A stretch of 64,000 nt of DNA from Felis catus (Eukaryota), in contig NC_058368.1 in assembly GCF_018350175.1 (NCBI RefSeq), forward strand, positions 134,232,001 to 134,296,000, read 5' to 3'. Positions within the stretch are counted from its first letter, which is position 1, and every line of letters begins with the position of its first letter. Position numbers and translations under genes: made by a program. The notes below the pieces were generated by a model. The model searched no databases, was not told the origin of the DNA, and saw only the letters and a list, made by a program, of their open reading frames with translations. Positions 25,060 to 38,204 of the stretch are shown here, in pieces.

Positions 25060-25790
25060 GCCTTCAGTGGGGTGTCAATCTTTTTACTTCTATTTCATTT
25101 TCTTTGCTCTCTTTTCTTATGTATTTAAAAGTGTCTGCTATTTTACTGCTCGGAAAATAGTAGTATTTTAATATGTATCTTTGCTATGATATGATCTATG
25201 TAATACTTGAAAATGCTTGCTTTAGTTTACTTGTCCTATTTTAAATTGTTTTCTTATTTAAAAAAAATTTAAGTTTATTTTCAGAAAGAGAGAGAGAGAA
25301 AGCGAGCGAGCAGGGGAGGGGCAGAGAGAGAGGGAGAGAGAAAGAATCCCAAGCAGGCTCCCACACTGTCAGCATGCAGCCCTGTTCGGGGCTCAAACTG
25401 ACAAACCATGAGATTATGAGCTGAGCTGAAATCAAGAGCTGGAGGCTTAATGGACTGAGTCACGCAGGTGCCCTTCTTTGTATTCTTCAATGTTTCTCTT
25501 TGCCTTATGGTTTTCTTGTCAATGACATTTTTCTTTTTCCTTTGTTCTTTCAGATTTCTTTTCACTTTACCTGATGTTATTAATTTCATTAACATCTTTC
25601 TGGTTTTGTGTTTTGAATATATTGGTAGTTTTTTCATTTATCTTAAATTTTCTTTTGCTGTTATTTATATATTATTTTTCCTCCCCAAATATTTTATCTT
25701 GCTGATGTGTCTGCTTTTTCTGGGTTTTAAGACATAATCCTCTTACTCTTGTACCTTTTCTATATTCTGTTGCTTTGTTTTTACTTCCTT
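25060..25790 (-). mobile_element. ancient L1 fragment (T-rich, ORF1/inter-ORF-like)
   Basis: Antisense A-rich composition and weak L1 motifs. Confidence 0.4.
25248..25474 (-). mobile_element. CAN-SINE
   Basis: aagaatcccaagcaggctcccacactgtcagc...gagctgaaatcaagag. Confidence 0.93.
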
Positions 25791-27747
25791 TATCTTGAGG
25801 GAGTGTGACTTATTTTCTAAATAGCAAACAAGAAGCAAAGTTCAAAGCATGATAGCAGTGGAGTGGACCCACACACTGAACAGAGAAGACTAGAAGGGTT
25901 AAGTTGAATGGAGGGTGATACTATCTGGTCAAGTACAGGCTTGCTAATGTTGATAGGACATTTTGTCAAGTTAAAATTATTGTAGCCTTGGCTTGTCACT
26001 TAGGATTTTTAAAGTAATCAGTTGTCTATCTGTCCATGAGTTGGGGAAACCCTCAAAGTTCTTTTGAGTAAAAGCTTGGACCTGTTCATGGGTTGACCTT
26101 TGACTCACTTCCATTCTACAACACAGAGCCCTATATGTATGTTTGTTGCACTTCCCAGTTCTCAGAAAAGAGTAGCAGTGCTAGATTGAGAATAAAATGT
26201 ACATCTTTCTTATAGCTTCTTTCAAGAGCAGTTTGAAAATTGAGGCCAAAATTTGAAATATGCACCGAGCAATTCTACAATGAAGAATGAAGAATACATT
26301 CTATGGAAATATTCACAAAAGTACTCAAGGATGTTGGTAAAACATTGTAAGTCATAGATACAGTTTGAAAACAATCTAAATTCTCACTTAGTAAGATGTT
26401 TTATTTTATTAAGTATATACTACATATATGTTAAAAAACAATAACCAAGAAATTGGTCCTTTGGGTCTAGCAACATTAAACATTGAATTTCTGAGAGTCC
26501 CTGCTCTTCCAAATAGAAAAAATTCAGAATAAAATATGTATTTTAAAGTGATTTCAAAATATATCCAGAAAAAAATATGTAGGAGCCAAAAATAAATTTC
26601 AAAAAAGCCAAAATGGTTAAGTATAATGTGATGACATGGTGGCCTTGGGAGGATTTCAGTCCAAGATCTAGGACCAAACAGTTGAGAATAACAATTTAAA
26701 AACACTTAGAAAAAGGAATTTTACTCTTGAAACCTTTACCTATAGAAGTCATCTGACAGATTTTTTTTAAGGAGAAAAAAATGTGATGCAGATTTAGTAA
26801 TAATTTCTGGGGGAAAATGAGTATAAAAGGTCACAATTGCAAGTGTTGGTTGTCATCATATATAAGCCTTTTAAATATCACTTGAAAAAGTTAGATAAGG
26901 ATTTTGAGAAAATTATGGAAGTGGTATAATTTTTTAATATTTTTGAACCTCTCTACAAATGCAGACAAACAATCAGGCTGTCACTTTGGGAAAAAAAAAG
27001 GGGGCACTGTCTACAATCGAACTAGCAGACAAGGTATTCCTAACACTACAATTCACAGGAGGTAAAGACAAATAAGGACATTATATAAACTGGGGGTAGG
27101 CAAATAATAAGAAGCAAAAAACCAGGAGTATTTAAAAATAAACAGGTACTTACTGGAAAATATTAGAGGCCAATTTGAAAACAGCAGCTAAAATAGGGAA
27201 AAGTTTTTATATACCAGCTTGAGAATGAGTGCAAGGTATATGGTAAGGTCCGGAAAGTCCAGAGCAACACTATCAACTCTCAAAATGAAACACAAACCTA
27301 TGAGAAACTGACACGAATGTAATGTAAATTAGGCAGAACCGTGTCAGTAGGAGCAGAAATAAATTTATATAAAACTGGAGGAGGGGCACAGAGCCAAGGG
27401 ATTGTCAGAAAGTAAGACAGTATAGCTTCTAACACTTCATTAGAACTCTACTACAAGTAGATGCTAAGTGATGTTAGAAAAGCTATTACAACCCATCCAT
27501 CCTTCCTGCAAGTTAAGGAAAACTAAATTGAATTCCATGTCTAGTAATTATGGGAAAGCAAGAATAAGGAGCATAACAATGTTTCTACAGAAAGTTGAAG
27601 CCAGGAAGACATGCCCATAAAACAAAAAGTATAACCTGATAACATAACATTTGAAAATGAGCTAAAAATTAAAAGTTGTAGGTGATATGAAAGAACAGCA
27701 TAAATGAGACTAAAACAAGAATAAATATAAAGAATAAAATTATTTCA

Positions 27748-27872
27748 GGGGTGCCTGGGTGGCTCAGTGGTTAAGCATCTGACTCAGTTTCAGTTCAGGT
27801 CATGATCTCACAGTTCATGAGTTCAAGTGCCACATCAGGCTCTATGCTGGCAGTGTGGAGTCTGCTTGGGAT

Positions 27873-27923
<51 letters not shown>

Positions 27924-27968
27924 GCCCCGCCCTGCTCACTCTGTCTCTTAAGTAAATAAATTTTAAAA
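27748..27968 (+). mobile_element. CAN-SINE with long (CT)n
   Basis: ggggtgcctgggtggctcagtggttaagc head; flanks aaaattattt. Confidence 0.93.
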
Positions 27969-28919
27969 CATTTATAGAAGAAAATTATTTGACAAATAAA
28001 TAAAGTCTAGAATAAACATGAAAATAAATGAATAGCACCAATAACACCTGAAAGGAAATAGCAAGCAAAAAGAAAACAAAATGTAGGATGACACAAGAAT
28101 TCAAGAAAAAGTGAAAGATGAAGATAGGCAAAGAAGGTCCAATATACATATAATTAGGGATCCTTGAATAAGAAAACTGCAACAATGGAAAAGAACAAGT
28201 GCTAAAAACTGTAACTCTTGAAAATGGTTTTGAAATAAAAAGACAACTGTACATTGAAAGAAATCACCATTTATCTTGAAATTTGGCCTAGAATTATGTC
28301 ACTTAAAACATGAGCAGAACTGTCAGCTATAGTGAAATTACTGGACTTTAAAGAAAGAGAAAAATGAGCACTAAGAAAAAAGACCAAGACATTTATCAAG
28401 GAAAGAAAATTTGATGTCATCAGACTTCTTGATAGTAATGCTTTATGCTAAAAAGATAATAGTCTTTACTCAATAAAAGAAAATGTGAGCCAATCACTTT
28501 ATAATCAGCTAAACTGACTTCCTGATAGAACTATTGCACACAGTTATGAACGTGCAGTAATTCAGGGAGTATTTTTTTCTGAGGAATTTACTAGAGAATG
28601 AGCTTTAGGCAGTAATAAAGAACAAAAAAGTTGACATAATACTGATGATGAGAATTAAACGTATATTTACATATATGGTAAAACCATATGGTAGTTTTAT
28701 AAGAAAACATATAGTGCTTAATAGCTACACACTCTAAAAATGATAACATGTTAAAACTATCAAAATATTAGGGAAGAATAAAAACTTGAAAAGTTTAAGA
28801 AGCTTACTGATTACTTCATAGTTATTATTGGGAGTACACTAATATTGTTTCAACTTAGATGTTCAAGGAGATGCAGGGAAAAGAAAAAAAATAGTATCTT
28901 GTAATATTGTTCTATTTTC

Positions 28920-29134
28920 TTTCTTTTTAAAAAATGTTTTATTTATTTTTGAGACAGAGAGAAACAGAGCATGAGCAGGGGAGGGGCAGAGAGAGGGAGA
29001 CACAGAATCCGAAGCAGACTCCAGGCTCTGAGCTGTCAGCACAGAGCCCGACATGGGGCTCGAACTCACAAACTGTGAGATCATGACCCGAGCCAAAGTC
29101 GGATGCTCAACCGACTGAGCCACCCAGGTGCCCC
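28920..29134 (-). mobile_element. CAN-SINE (felid)
   Basis: TSD tattgttctattttc at 28905 and 29135. Confidence 0.96.
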
Positions 29135-29459
29135 TATTGTTCTATTTTCAAATAGAAAATAACCAAATGTAGGGAGGGTGCTAAGTATTTTATATAACAT
29201 AAAACAGTATGGCAGAGTTGAAGTCAAAATATGGATCGTATCAAAAAAGTAAAAGAGATTAATTGACCTATTAAACATTTTCTGATTGGTGAACAAAGCA
29301 ACATCCCAAACTACATTATATATGAGACAGACCCAAATGAAAGAGATTCAGAATGGTTGAAATTAAAATAATTGTCGAGGACTTATCAAGAGAATAGAGC
29401 AGTGGTGAAAATATTGATATCTGATAAGGTAGAATTTAAATTGGAAAAAAAATAAGACA

Positions 29460-30650
29460 TATTTCTTTCTTACACAATACACAAAACTAAATTCAAAATG
29501 TATGAAAGATCTAACTGTTGGATAGGAAACCATTAAAATCCTCTTTTGACATAGGTTGTAGCGACTTTTTTCTAGATATGTCTCCTGAGGGAAGGGAAAC
29601 AAATGCAAAAATGAACTATTGGGACCTCATCAAGATAAAAAGCTTCTGCACAATGAAGGAAGGAATCAGCAAAACTAAAAGGCAACCGTGAGAATGAAAG
29701 AAGATATTTGCAAATGACATATCTGCTAAAGGGTTGGTATCCAAAATATGTAAAGAACTTATAAAACGCAACACTCCAAAAACAATGCAGTTAAAAAATG
29801 GGCAGAATAGACCTTTTTCCCAAGAAGACACAGAGATGGCTATAACAGACACATGCTCAACATCACTCAACATCGCTCAACATTAGGGAAATACAAATAA
29901 AAACCACGATGAGATATCACCTCACACCTATCAGAATAGCTAAAATCAACAACACAAGAAACGGGTGTTGGTGAGGATGCGGAGAAGGGAACTGCTGTTG
30001 GTGGGAGTGCAAACTGGTGCAGCCGCTCTGGAGAACAGAATGGAGGTTTCTCAATAATAATAAAACTCCTCAGCAATCGAACTGCTAGGTATTTACCCAA
30101 AGGGTAAAAAATACTGATTTGAAGGGATACATGCACCCCAATGGTTATAGCAGCACTGTCAACAATATCCATACTATGAAAAGAGCCCAAATGTCCAATG
30201 ACTGATGAATGGATAAAGGTGTGACATATATATATACACACACACATATATAATGGATATATGAATATTACTCCGCCATCAAAAAGAGTGAAATCTTACC
30301 ATTTGCAATGATGTGGGTGGAGCTAGAGTGTATTATGCTCAGTGAAATAAGTCAGAGAAAGACAAATACCATATGATTTCACTCATATGTGGACTTTGAG
30401 AAACAAAACAGATTAATATGGGGGGGCATAAAAAGGCAAACTAGAAAACAAATTTTAACTATAGACAACAAACTGAGGGTTGGGAGGGGAGGTGGGCCGG
30501 GGAGGATGGGTTAAATGAGCAATGGGTCTTAAGGAGGGCACTTGTGATAAGCACTGGGTGTTGTATCTACACTAGATTCTGCACCTGAAACTAATATTGC
30601 ACTTTTTATTAACTAACTAGAATTTAAATAAAAACTTGAAAAAGAAAAGA
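29460..30650 (+). mobile_element. 5'-truncated carnivore L1 (ORF2 C-terminus plus 3' UTR) nested in the older L1
   Basis: gaactattgggacctcatcaagataaaaagcttctgcaca, gagatatcacctcacacctatcagaatagctaaaat, and the 3' UTR cacctgaaactaatattgcac...aactagaatttaaataaaaacttg followed by an A tail. Confidence 0.92.
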
Positions 30651-30907
30651 ATTGCTGTATGAAGACCATAGAAAAACAAACAAAACAAACATGAAAATAA
30701 AAAGACATAAATGTACTTTATAAAACTTAAGGCTAAAATTCACAATGAAAATAAAAAATTACCTGTATTTGCACAATCACAGAAGCATCTTTTATACAAT
30801 AGGAGATTGAATGGGAAATAGACAAAAGGTTAATAATATAAAAAATTTTAATAATGTTTAAAATCCAAAAACAGATGAATTAGACTGAAAATTAATGATG
30901 ATATAGA

Positions 30908-31113
30908 GCCAAGCCAGCAAATATTTTCTTTAAGAGGCCAAACAGTAAGTATTTTGGAATTTGTGGACCATACTGTCCCTGTTGTAAGGACTCAATTCTG
31001 ATATAGTACAAAAATAGCCAGAGACTATACTTAAATGATTAGGTGTAGCTATTTTCCACTAAAACTTTATTCACACAAACAGGTAGGGCCAGTCTATAGT
31101 TTGCTAACTAACT
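30908..31113 (-). mobile_element. MER58A-like hAT-Charlie MITE
   Basis: cagcaaatattttct...ggccaaacagtaagtatttt...aaaactttattcacacaaacagg...tagtttgctaac. Confidence 0.8.
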
Positions 31114-31114
31114 G

Positions 31115-31172
31115 TAATATTATTAAGGGTTCCTACATGAGGAACTGCATGTAGGAACCCTTAATAATATTA
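31115..31172. repeat. perfect inverted repeat, 25-bp arms, 8-nt spacer
   Basis: taatattattaagggttcctacatg (31115-31139) / aggaactg / catgtaggaacccttaataatatta (31148-31172). Confidence 0.97.
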
Positions 31173-31254
31173 TACACAAAAACACACACGTATGTTTGCA
31201 TATATATCTTTCTGTGCAATTAAATAGATCAAATATAGCTACCTAATCAAAAAA

Positions 31255-31334
31255 TATATAACAAATATATATATATACATACATATATAAGGTGTGTGTG
31301 TGTGTATATATATATGTATATATGTATATATGTA

Positions 31335-31382
<48 letters not shown>

Positions 31383-31430
31383 TATACATATATATTTTTT
31401 GGTGTATTTTTATGTATTTATATATGTATA
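31255..31430. repeat. compound (TA)n/(TG)n/(CA)n microsatellite
   Basis: Read directly. Confidence 0.92.
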
Positions 31431-32264
31431 AGGAACAGTCAAAAATTGACCCTAATGTAGGCCATAGAAAAATCCATTAATCCCAAGTATTACATACGGT
31501 ACAGGAGCATTTTCTTTCTATAATGCAATTAAACTAAAATTAAACTAAAATTAATTTCAAAAAAAAACCCACAAAACATTCTCACACTTGGAAATATTCC
31601 ATTAAATCCTATATCCATAAGACTAAAAAATGGGAAATAAAGAATTTAAAAATCAAATTTAAAAAGTTAAAAACTAAAATAAACCAAAATAATCAAAAGA
31701 AATTAACAGTATAATTAAAATGTGAGCAAACAAAAATACCTTAAAACCAAAAGCTGTGTCTTAAAAAAAAAAAAAAAATGATGTCACTAGCTAACCTGAT
31801 CAAGAAAAAGGGGATAAAGTATAATTTGTACACAATCAGGAAGCCAAAAAGATAAATCAGCCTAAAAAGAGAAAATTTTTAAATATTTTAAGAGACTACA
31901 CAACTTTGTACAAATACTTTGAAATCCTAAACTAAGGGATACATTTTAGACTAAATGAAAATGACCAAAATAGAAAGTACCTAAGTCCACCCCTACAAAA
32001 GACACCATCTTGCAATGGTCTCATGCAAGAATTCAACTAAGACTTTTATGATGACATGACTATTAGGCTCCTTAACTATTTGGGAGATTTTGTGCTCTAC
32101 AAAGGAAGAAAAAATTCAAGTTTACTTTTATGAAGTGGGTATCATATTTTAAAAAGTACTTACAAGATTGTACCAGAAAAGAAACAACAGACTAATCTTA
32201 CTTATAAATATTGATACAGAGGTCTCAACTAAATGTATATTAGTGTATTAATACTTGTCATTAT

Positions 32265-32379
32265 GTTACCAGATCCTTTTCATTATGTTGCCTTGGTTAA
32301 GTCCACATGGCTTCCTGCTTGTAACCTCCTGTCTGATCTTCCTGATTCTTGCCTGTTTCTTCTTATCAAAGGTTTTCCA
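32265..32379 (+). repeat. diverged direct copy of 33085-33209
   Basis: Shared blocks gttacca.atccttt.catt.tgttgcctt.gttaagtccacat, gtaacctcctgtctgatctt and tttcttcttatcaa.ggtttt. Confidence 0.9.
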
Positions 32380-32819
32380 GATTCCATTGGTACATTAAAA
32401 AAGAAATATGAGCAGGTAGGGTTTTGCAAAGATGGTTTAATATTAGAATAAAAAACATTAAAACCTGTCATACTAGTGGAAATGCATTGCAAAATCATAT
32501 GATCATTTCCACAGATGCAGAAAATTCCTAGGGAAAAATCCAACTACTCATGTTCAAAACCCTCAATAAAATGGAATTGATGGAGACTTCCTAATACAAA
32601 TAAAATAGCTCTATAACACAATCCCATCTTATGATCCAGGAATTCGCTTCACAGTAACATAGGCCCAATATTATATATACGGTAGCATTGTTTAGAAGAG
32701 CAAAAAGCTGGAAATAATCTAAATAGTCATCAGGAGGTACTGAAATATTTTCATTCATCAGACTGTTGTATGGTAGTGAGTATGAATAAACTGGCACTAG
32801 AAATATTGGCTATATACTA

Positions 32820-32990
32820 ATTTAATCTATGTCTGTGTGACTTTGAACGAGCTACCCAGTTTCCCTGGGCTTTTGGTATTGTTGTCTGTAAAATGGAGAC
32901 AGCAGTATCCACCCTGCAGTGTGGCGATCAAAATCAGAGTCGATGTATGTGTAAAGCTCTTTGCACAGTGTGAAACATGGCAGACACTCA
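32820..32990 (+). mobile_element. MIR relic
   Basis: ctgtgtgactttgaac...gtctgtaaaatggag...atgtgtaaagctctttgcacagtg. Confidence 0.7.
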
Positions 32991-33197
32991 GATGATGACT
33001 GTCTCAGAAGTGCACTCATGCTGCCAAGTTACTTCACTAGGTTATAGCAAGAGAAACAAATAGAGCTTTATTAATAAGGCAGAAGTTACCACATCCTTTC
33101 ATTGTGTTGCCTTAGTTAAGTCCACATCTCTTACTGCTTGAATTACTACGGTAACCTCCTGTCTGATCTTCTCGACTCTGGTTTATTTCTTCTTATC

Positions 33198-33420
33198 AAG
33201 GGTTTTTCAAAGTTTGGGTCACATCCCATTCGAGGGTTGTGAAATCAATTTGGTAGGCCAAGGCCAGAATTTTAAACAATTAAACAATAGAAAATATCAG
33301 CGTATCACATGCTGTACAACTCTATTTTGTTTTGTGAAGTTATTCTTAATTCTGCTTCTGTGTTTCAAGGGCACTAGGTTGTTATGTAAGAGCATTTACC
33401 ATGGGTGACACAGGTTGATA
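33198..33420 (+). mobile_element. hAT-Charlie (Charlie4-like) non-autonomous DNA transposon
   Basis: ttcaaagtttgggtcacatcccatt.gagggttgtgaaatcaattt.gt. Confidence 0.6.
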
Positions 33421-33544
33421 TTTCTCTGCATATGATCCATTCTGTACAAGTCAGCCAGAGTGATCTACTGAGATGCAGATCTGGTTATGTCACTTTCTTA
33501 TTTATTCATAAATGGCCGTCAGTAGCTGTCAAGAAAATGTTTAA

Positions 33545-33745
33545 GTGGCTCCTGGGTGGCTCAGCTGGTTAAGCATCCAACTCTTGATTCGGCTCAGGTC
33601 ACGATCTCACGGTTCGTGGGTTCGAGCTCTATGTCAGTCTCCATGTTGACAGTGCGGAGCCTGCTTGGGATTCTCTCTCTCTGCCTCTCTGTCTGTCCCT
33701 CTCCCACTTGCAGTAAATGAATGAATCAAGCAACCAATGAATGGG
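33545..33745 (+). mobile_element. older CAN-SINE
   Basis: ggctcctgggtggctcagctggttaagc...gagcctgcttgggattctctctc. Confidence 0.9.
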
Positions 33746-34499
33746 AATGCTTAAGTTCCTTACATGCAAGACCCTTCAAGATCTTAAGCTAGTTTCCAAG
33801 CCCTGTCTCCTCTCCATGGTCTCTGGATTACTCCATACGGCACTATAATGATCTATTTGTAGCTCACTGGTCAAGTTATACTGTTGGCATTCACACCTTT
33901 GCACAAACAGTCCCTCCCCCTGGTTACTTCTTTCCTCCTTGAGTGACTAATGTTTCCTGTTCATGCTTTAAAATTGAACTTATGCCTCTTCTTTCAGGAA
34001 GCCTTTCGTGGTTCTCTGTCTCATCTGGGATCCACAAGCACCATATTATTAACTTTACAATGATACTTGTTACAAAGTATGATAATTTTAATTTCTTAGT
34101 CTGTGTTATCCACGAGAACATAAGTTTCTTGAAGGTAGGGTGTTTTATTTACCTACAAATCTTCAGGTAACAGCAAACTGGTGCCTTCCAGGTCTTCAGT
34201 ATGTTTGTTGATTGACTTATTGATTATGCCTTCGTGGGTAGCAAATGAGAGATCTTGGTATACTTGATGAAAATATTAGGAATACATTTGTTTTGTATTT
34301 TAAGTTTAAAATTTGGCCTGTAATTGATGTCAGGTATATTATTTTTTATTGTAAGGCAAAGAAAAAAGAAAGAGAATCATTTTGAGTCATTGATACAAAA
34401 GCTGATATAGATATGGTTACTCTTTGATGTATTATAGTCTTTTGTCTATTAATTTTAACTAGACTACTATGGTTATGAAACCAAGGCTTTAGTGCCTTT

Positions 34500-34565
34500 G
34501 ATATATATACATATACATATATGTATATATATATATATAATATGTATGTCTTTTACATATGTATA
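34500..34565. repeat. imperfect (TA)n/(TACA)n microsatellite
   Basis: Read directly. Confidence 0.85.
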
Positions 34566-35159
34566 TTAAAGATCATTCCCTAATGTCTGAAAGCAGCAAG
34601 TTAAACAAAGTTTATTTGCAGAACTGCTTTTGTGGCAGCTGTCCCAGTAAACACATATCATACTTTACAAGGTGATAAGTCTTTTGAGCCAAAAGATATG
34701 TCAAAGCATTAGTTATCAAAGATGAAGTGACACGTGGGTAGTGAAAATTCCTTTAGATAGATTGCCTGTGGATATGATATTAATAAAATATATTGTTACT
34801 CTTCAAAGATGTATTTTCTGGGTTTTAGGCCATTTTGATTTTACATTTTCCCTCTCATTTCCTGTCTTTTGATCAGTTCTTTATGGCTAACAGCTTTGTA
34901 TGAGCAGGGGTATGGGGAGAATAGGGGAAAATCAAAATGTGATGCTAAGTTCCTGATATTCATAAAAATGACAGTTGAGTACTATTTACCACCCACTGTC
35001 TGTCAGGCGCTATAATAGGGGCTGTTAGATGTGCTGTGCATGACCCCAGTGAATCCACACACCATCCCTACAAGCCTTAGTTGAGCAAATTAAAGTTCTC
35101 AAGGTAAAGTAAGCTGGATAGTTATGCAATTAGCGTTGGTTTCTTATTCTTTGTATTTT

Positions 35160-35364
35160 TTAAACTTTTTTTAATGTTTATATCTGAAGGGGAGAGATAC
35201 AGGGTATGAGTGGCGAGGGGCAGAGAGAGAGAGAGACACACACACAGAATCCAAAGCAGGCTCTGTGAGCCCAGAGCCCGACGCAGGGCTTGAACTCACG
35301 AACCGTGAGGTCATGACCTAAGCCGATGTCAGATGCCTAACTGAGTGAGCCACCCAGGCACCCC
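35160..35364 (-). mobile_element. CAN-SINE (felid)
   Basis: TSD ttattctttgtatttt on both sides. Confidence 0.94.
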
Positions 35365-36384
35365 GTTATTCTTTGTATTTTAAAATGGTAAAAAATGATC
35401 AGAGAGAAGACAGAAATGAGAATTTGAGTTTAGTTTTGTCTTTGGTTTCTTCAGAAAAAACCTTCCTGTTCATGTATTATAGGGAGTATGCTGGACAATG
35501 GATGGCATACTGTACTTCATAGAGTTTTTGCTTATTTGGTGCATTTTGCTGTACCATTAAGAAATTAATAAAAATCAAACTGTGAATTTCATTCATTCAT
35601 TCTTTCATTCACTCATTCATATTTTAGACTCTGAGACATAAGCACAAGTAGGAAATAGTAGAATCAGTGAATTAAGGATCTAGACATGGATGTAAATTAG
35701 AGCATTGTAACCAGAGGTATGATTGACATGTACCTGTAACAATAAGAGAAAAAATAGAATGGCTATTTTAATTCTTAACTCGTACTGTAGAAATGAGGGA
35801 ACTTTCTGAAGACGTGACACTTGAACTGAGTATTGAAGGATGAATGGCGGTTGCCAGTTGATTGCGAGTTGATTCACTAAAAGCATGTTAACAAATATGG
35901 AGTCGGTGGCAGCAGTGGCCTGAAAAACTGCACAGAACAAACATCTAGAGAGCTGATAAAAGCAGTAGCCAAGTGATCAGAGAACACTACAACTTCCAGG
36001 ACGTTTTCTGTCCTGCAGTCTTTAAAGTCTGCTGAGATGACCTGTGACAAGTAAACCTGCTTGATGAATATTTGACGGCAGTCCAATGATGGGGAGTGAA
36101 GGAAATAATGGGAATAAAGAATTTGACAACTGTTCTAAAACACGAGGTGCCTTATCATTTTTATTTTTTTGCATAACGATGCAGTTTCCCTGAACATTTG
36201 CGGTTCATTACCAGGTAATGGGACAAAGATGGTCCTCCTTCTGTCCTTCATCCCTCCCCACTTGCTTCTCTACTCTTGACAATGACATTCGTTAGAAAGA
36301 CCAAAGAAATATAACTAATGACTATGGAACTTCTTGGAAATGCCAGTTTTAGGGAAAGCCCCCAAGGATCTAGGATCTTTCAGC

Positions 36385-36385
<1 letters not shown>

Positions 36386-36419
<34 letters not shown>
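36386..36419. repeat. (TTTC)n tetranucleotide microsatellite
   Basis: Read directly. Confidence 0.95.
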
Positions 36420-37947
36420 GCACTTGCAAAATGATGGAAAACGTAAAATCAAGTAAAGAACGTTTTTTGCTTTTCCAGATCTGCATGGTGCAAGTGCAAA
36501 AGAGACCACAGATGGAAGCCTGCTGCTCATACAGCTGTGTCTTTGTTGGTATGAAAAAACCAATTGTGGGTGGGAGCAATGGAGGACGAGACAATATTAG
36601 AATGCAGTGGCATTTTCATTATACCTACCATAATTCCAATGTTCTGTTCTGTGGTGAATTGTTTGGGGAGTTGTCTTGAAATTAGAATCCCATCCCGCAA
36701 ACTTGAATCAATTAAAACAGTACTATTTGGAAATAAACAGAGAAGCGAGTTTGCAAAAGATTTTCCAGTAATGTTTAGACTTCCTCTGACGATTCTCGGG
36801 CTGAGAGGAGAGGGAAAGGAGAAGGCCAAGATTTCAAGTGCCCTCTTTCTGTTCCCTAGGGACATCCATCGGAGAACATCTCTAACTCCTTGAACTGTTT
36901 GAACTGTTTCTGAATACTCTTACCAGAAGCCACCTTGCTGGCAGTGAATCCAACTTGCCTAAAAGAGGTAACGTTTTTCTAAACTTGTGCCACCGTCCCA
37001 ATATTCCAGGAATGGAGACTTGAAAGCCAATGAAGTAGGCTACTCACTAAACGTCATACCAAGTTTCATTTCATAAGTTGCTACAAGCCTTCTATGTTCC
37101 AGGCACAGGGATAAGTGAGACAGACACTGTCCTTACCCTCCTGTAGCTTATTGTGTGGTAGAGAAAACATGTATACATCAGTATATTAACTCTTTAGTGA
37201 TGAAAGCAAGTACCAAATGGTATGAGAATGTAGTAGAGTAGTACAAGAAATACATAAAGAGGGCAGTAGAGGCTCACCCGGGCAACTTGAGGCTTGTATA
37301 CTGAAAAGACTACTGTTGGTTAAGAAGGAGGGAAACAGAACTCCAAATAGAGGGAAGAGCATGTGTGAAGATTCTGTGGGTGAAAGGAAGATGACTTATT
37401 TGAGGAACTAAGAGAAGATCAGTGTGACTGGGGTAGAGACACCTTTAAGAAAGGAGGCAGAGGTTGGACTGAAGAGGGCCTTGGAAGCCATACTAATGAT
37501 ATTTCACTTGATTCTAAAAGCAATAGGAAAACCAAAGACTTTAAAGAGGGGAGGGGCATGCCCCAATGTGAGCATTCTTTGAAGGTCCATTTGGTGATTG
37601 TGTGCAGGTTGATTTAAAAGATGTCAAGCCTGGAAGCAGATTTAGTCAAGAGGTGTTGATAGAATCTCACACATCCGAGAGAGATTTAGGAACCACCTCA
37701 GCAAAGTTTGGTGACCGATTAGTTGTGGATTAGGAAGGAGAAAGGGGTGTTAAGGATAACCTCAGGTTATCTCAGTGAACACATGGGTATTTGGTGTGTC
37801 ATTTGCTAGCATTAAGAGCCACCAGAAGGACTAGGCTTGGTGAGTGGGTACAAGGCAGAAACATTGTGAGTTCAAGTTTGGACAATTGAATTTGGGATGC
37901 CTTCTGAGAGATGCCCAGGTGAAGTAACAGAATAAAAATGAAATAGT

Positions 37948-38175
37948 GGAGGGCATCTGGGTGGCTCAGTCAGTTAAGCGTCCGACTTTGGCTCAGGTCA
38001 TGATCTTGCGGTTCGTGGGTTCAAGCCCCGCATTGGGCTCTTTGCTGACAACTCAGAGCCTGGAGCCTGCTTCGAGTTCTGTGTCTCCCTCTCTCTCTGC
38101 CCCTTCCTTACTCACACTCTGTCTGTCTTTCTCTAAAAAATACATAAACGTTAAAAAACAATTAAAACTATAATA
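37948..38175 (+). mobile_element. CAN-SINE (felid)
   Basis: SINE body; flanks aaatagtg at 37941 and 38176. Confidence 0.94.
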
Positions 38176-38204
38176 AATAGTGAAGGTGTTGGAGTAAGAT
38201 GAAT

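Larger units (their letters stand above)
26890..32620 (+). mobile_element. long decayed L1M element (5' region, ORF1, ORF2 5' half) with multiple nested inserts
   Basis: ORF1 relic aggtccaatatacatataattagggatcc. ORF2 relics cttttatgaagtgggtatca and aaatcatatgatcatttccacagatgcagaaaa. Confidence 0.75.
33085..34212 (+). mobile_element. L2 3' relic interrupted by a hAT MITE and a SINE
   Basis: aacctcctgtctgatctt, cagccagagtgatct...gcagatctggttatgtcact, ttcaggaagccttt, and the end atgtttgttgattga. Confidence 0.65.
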
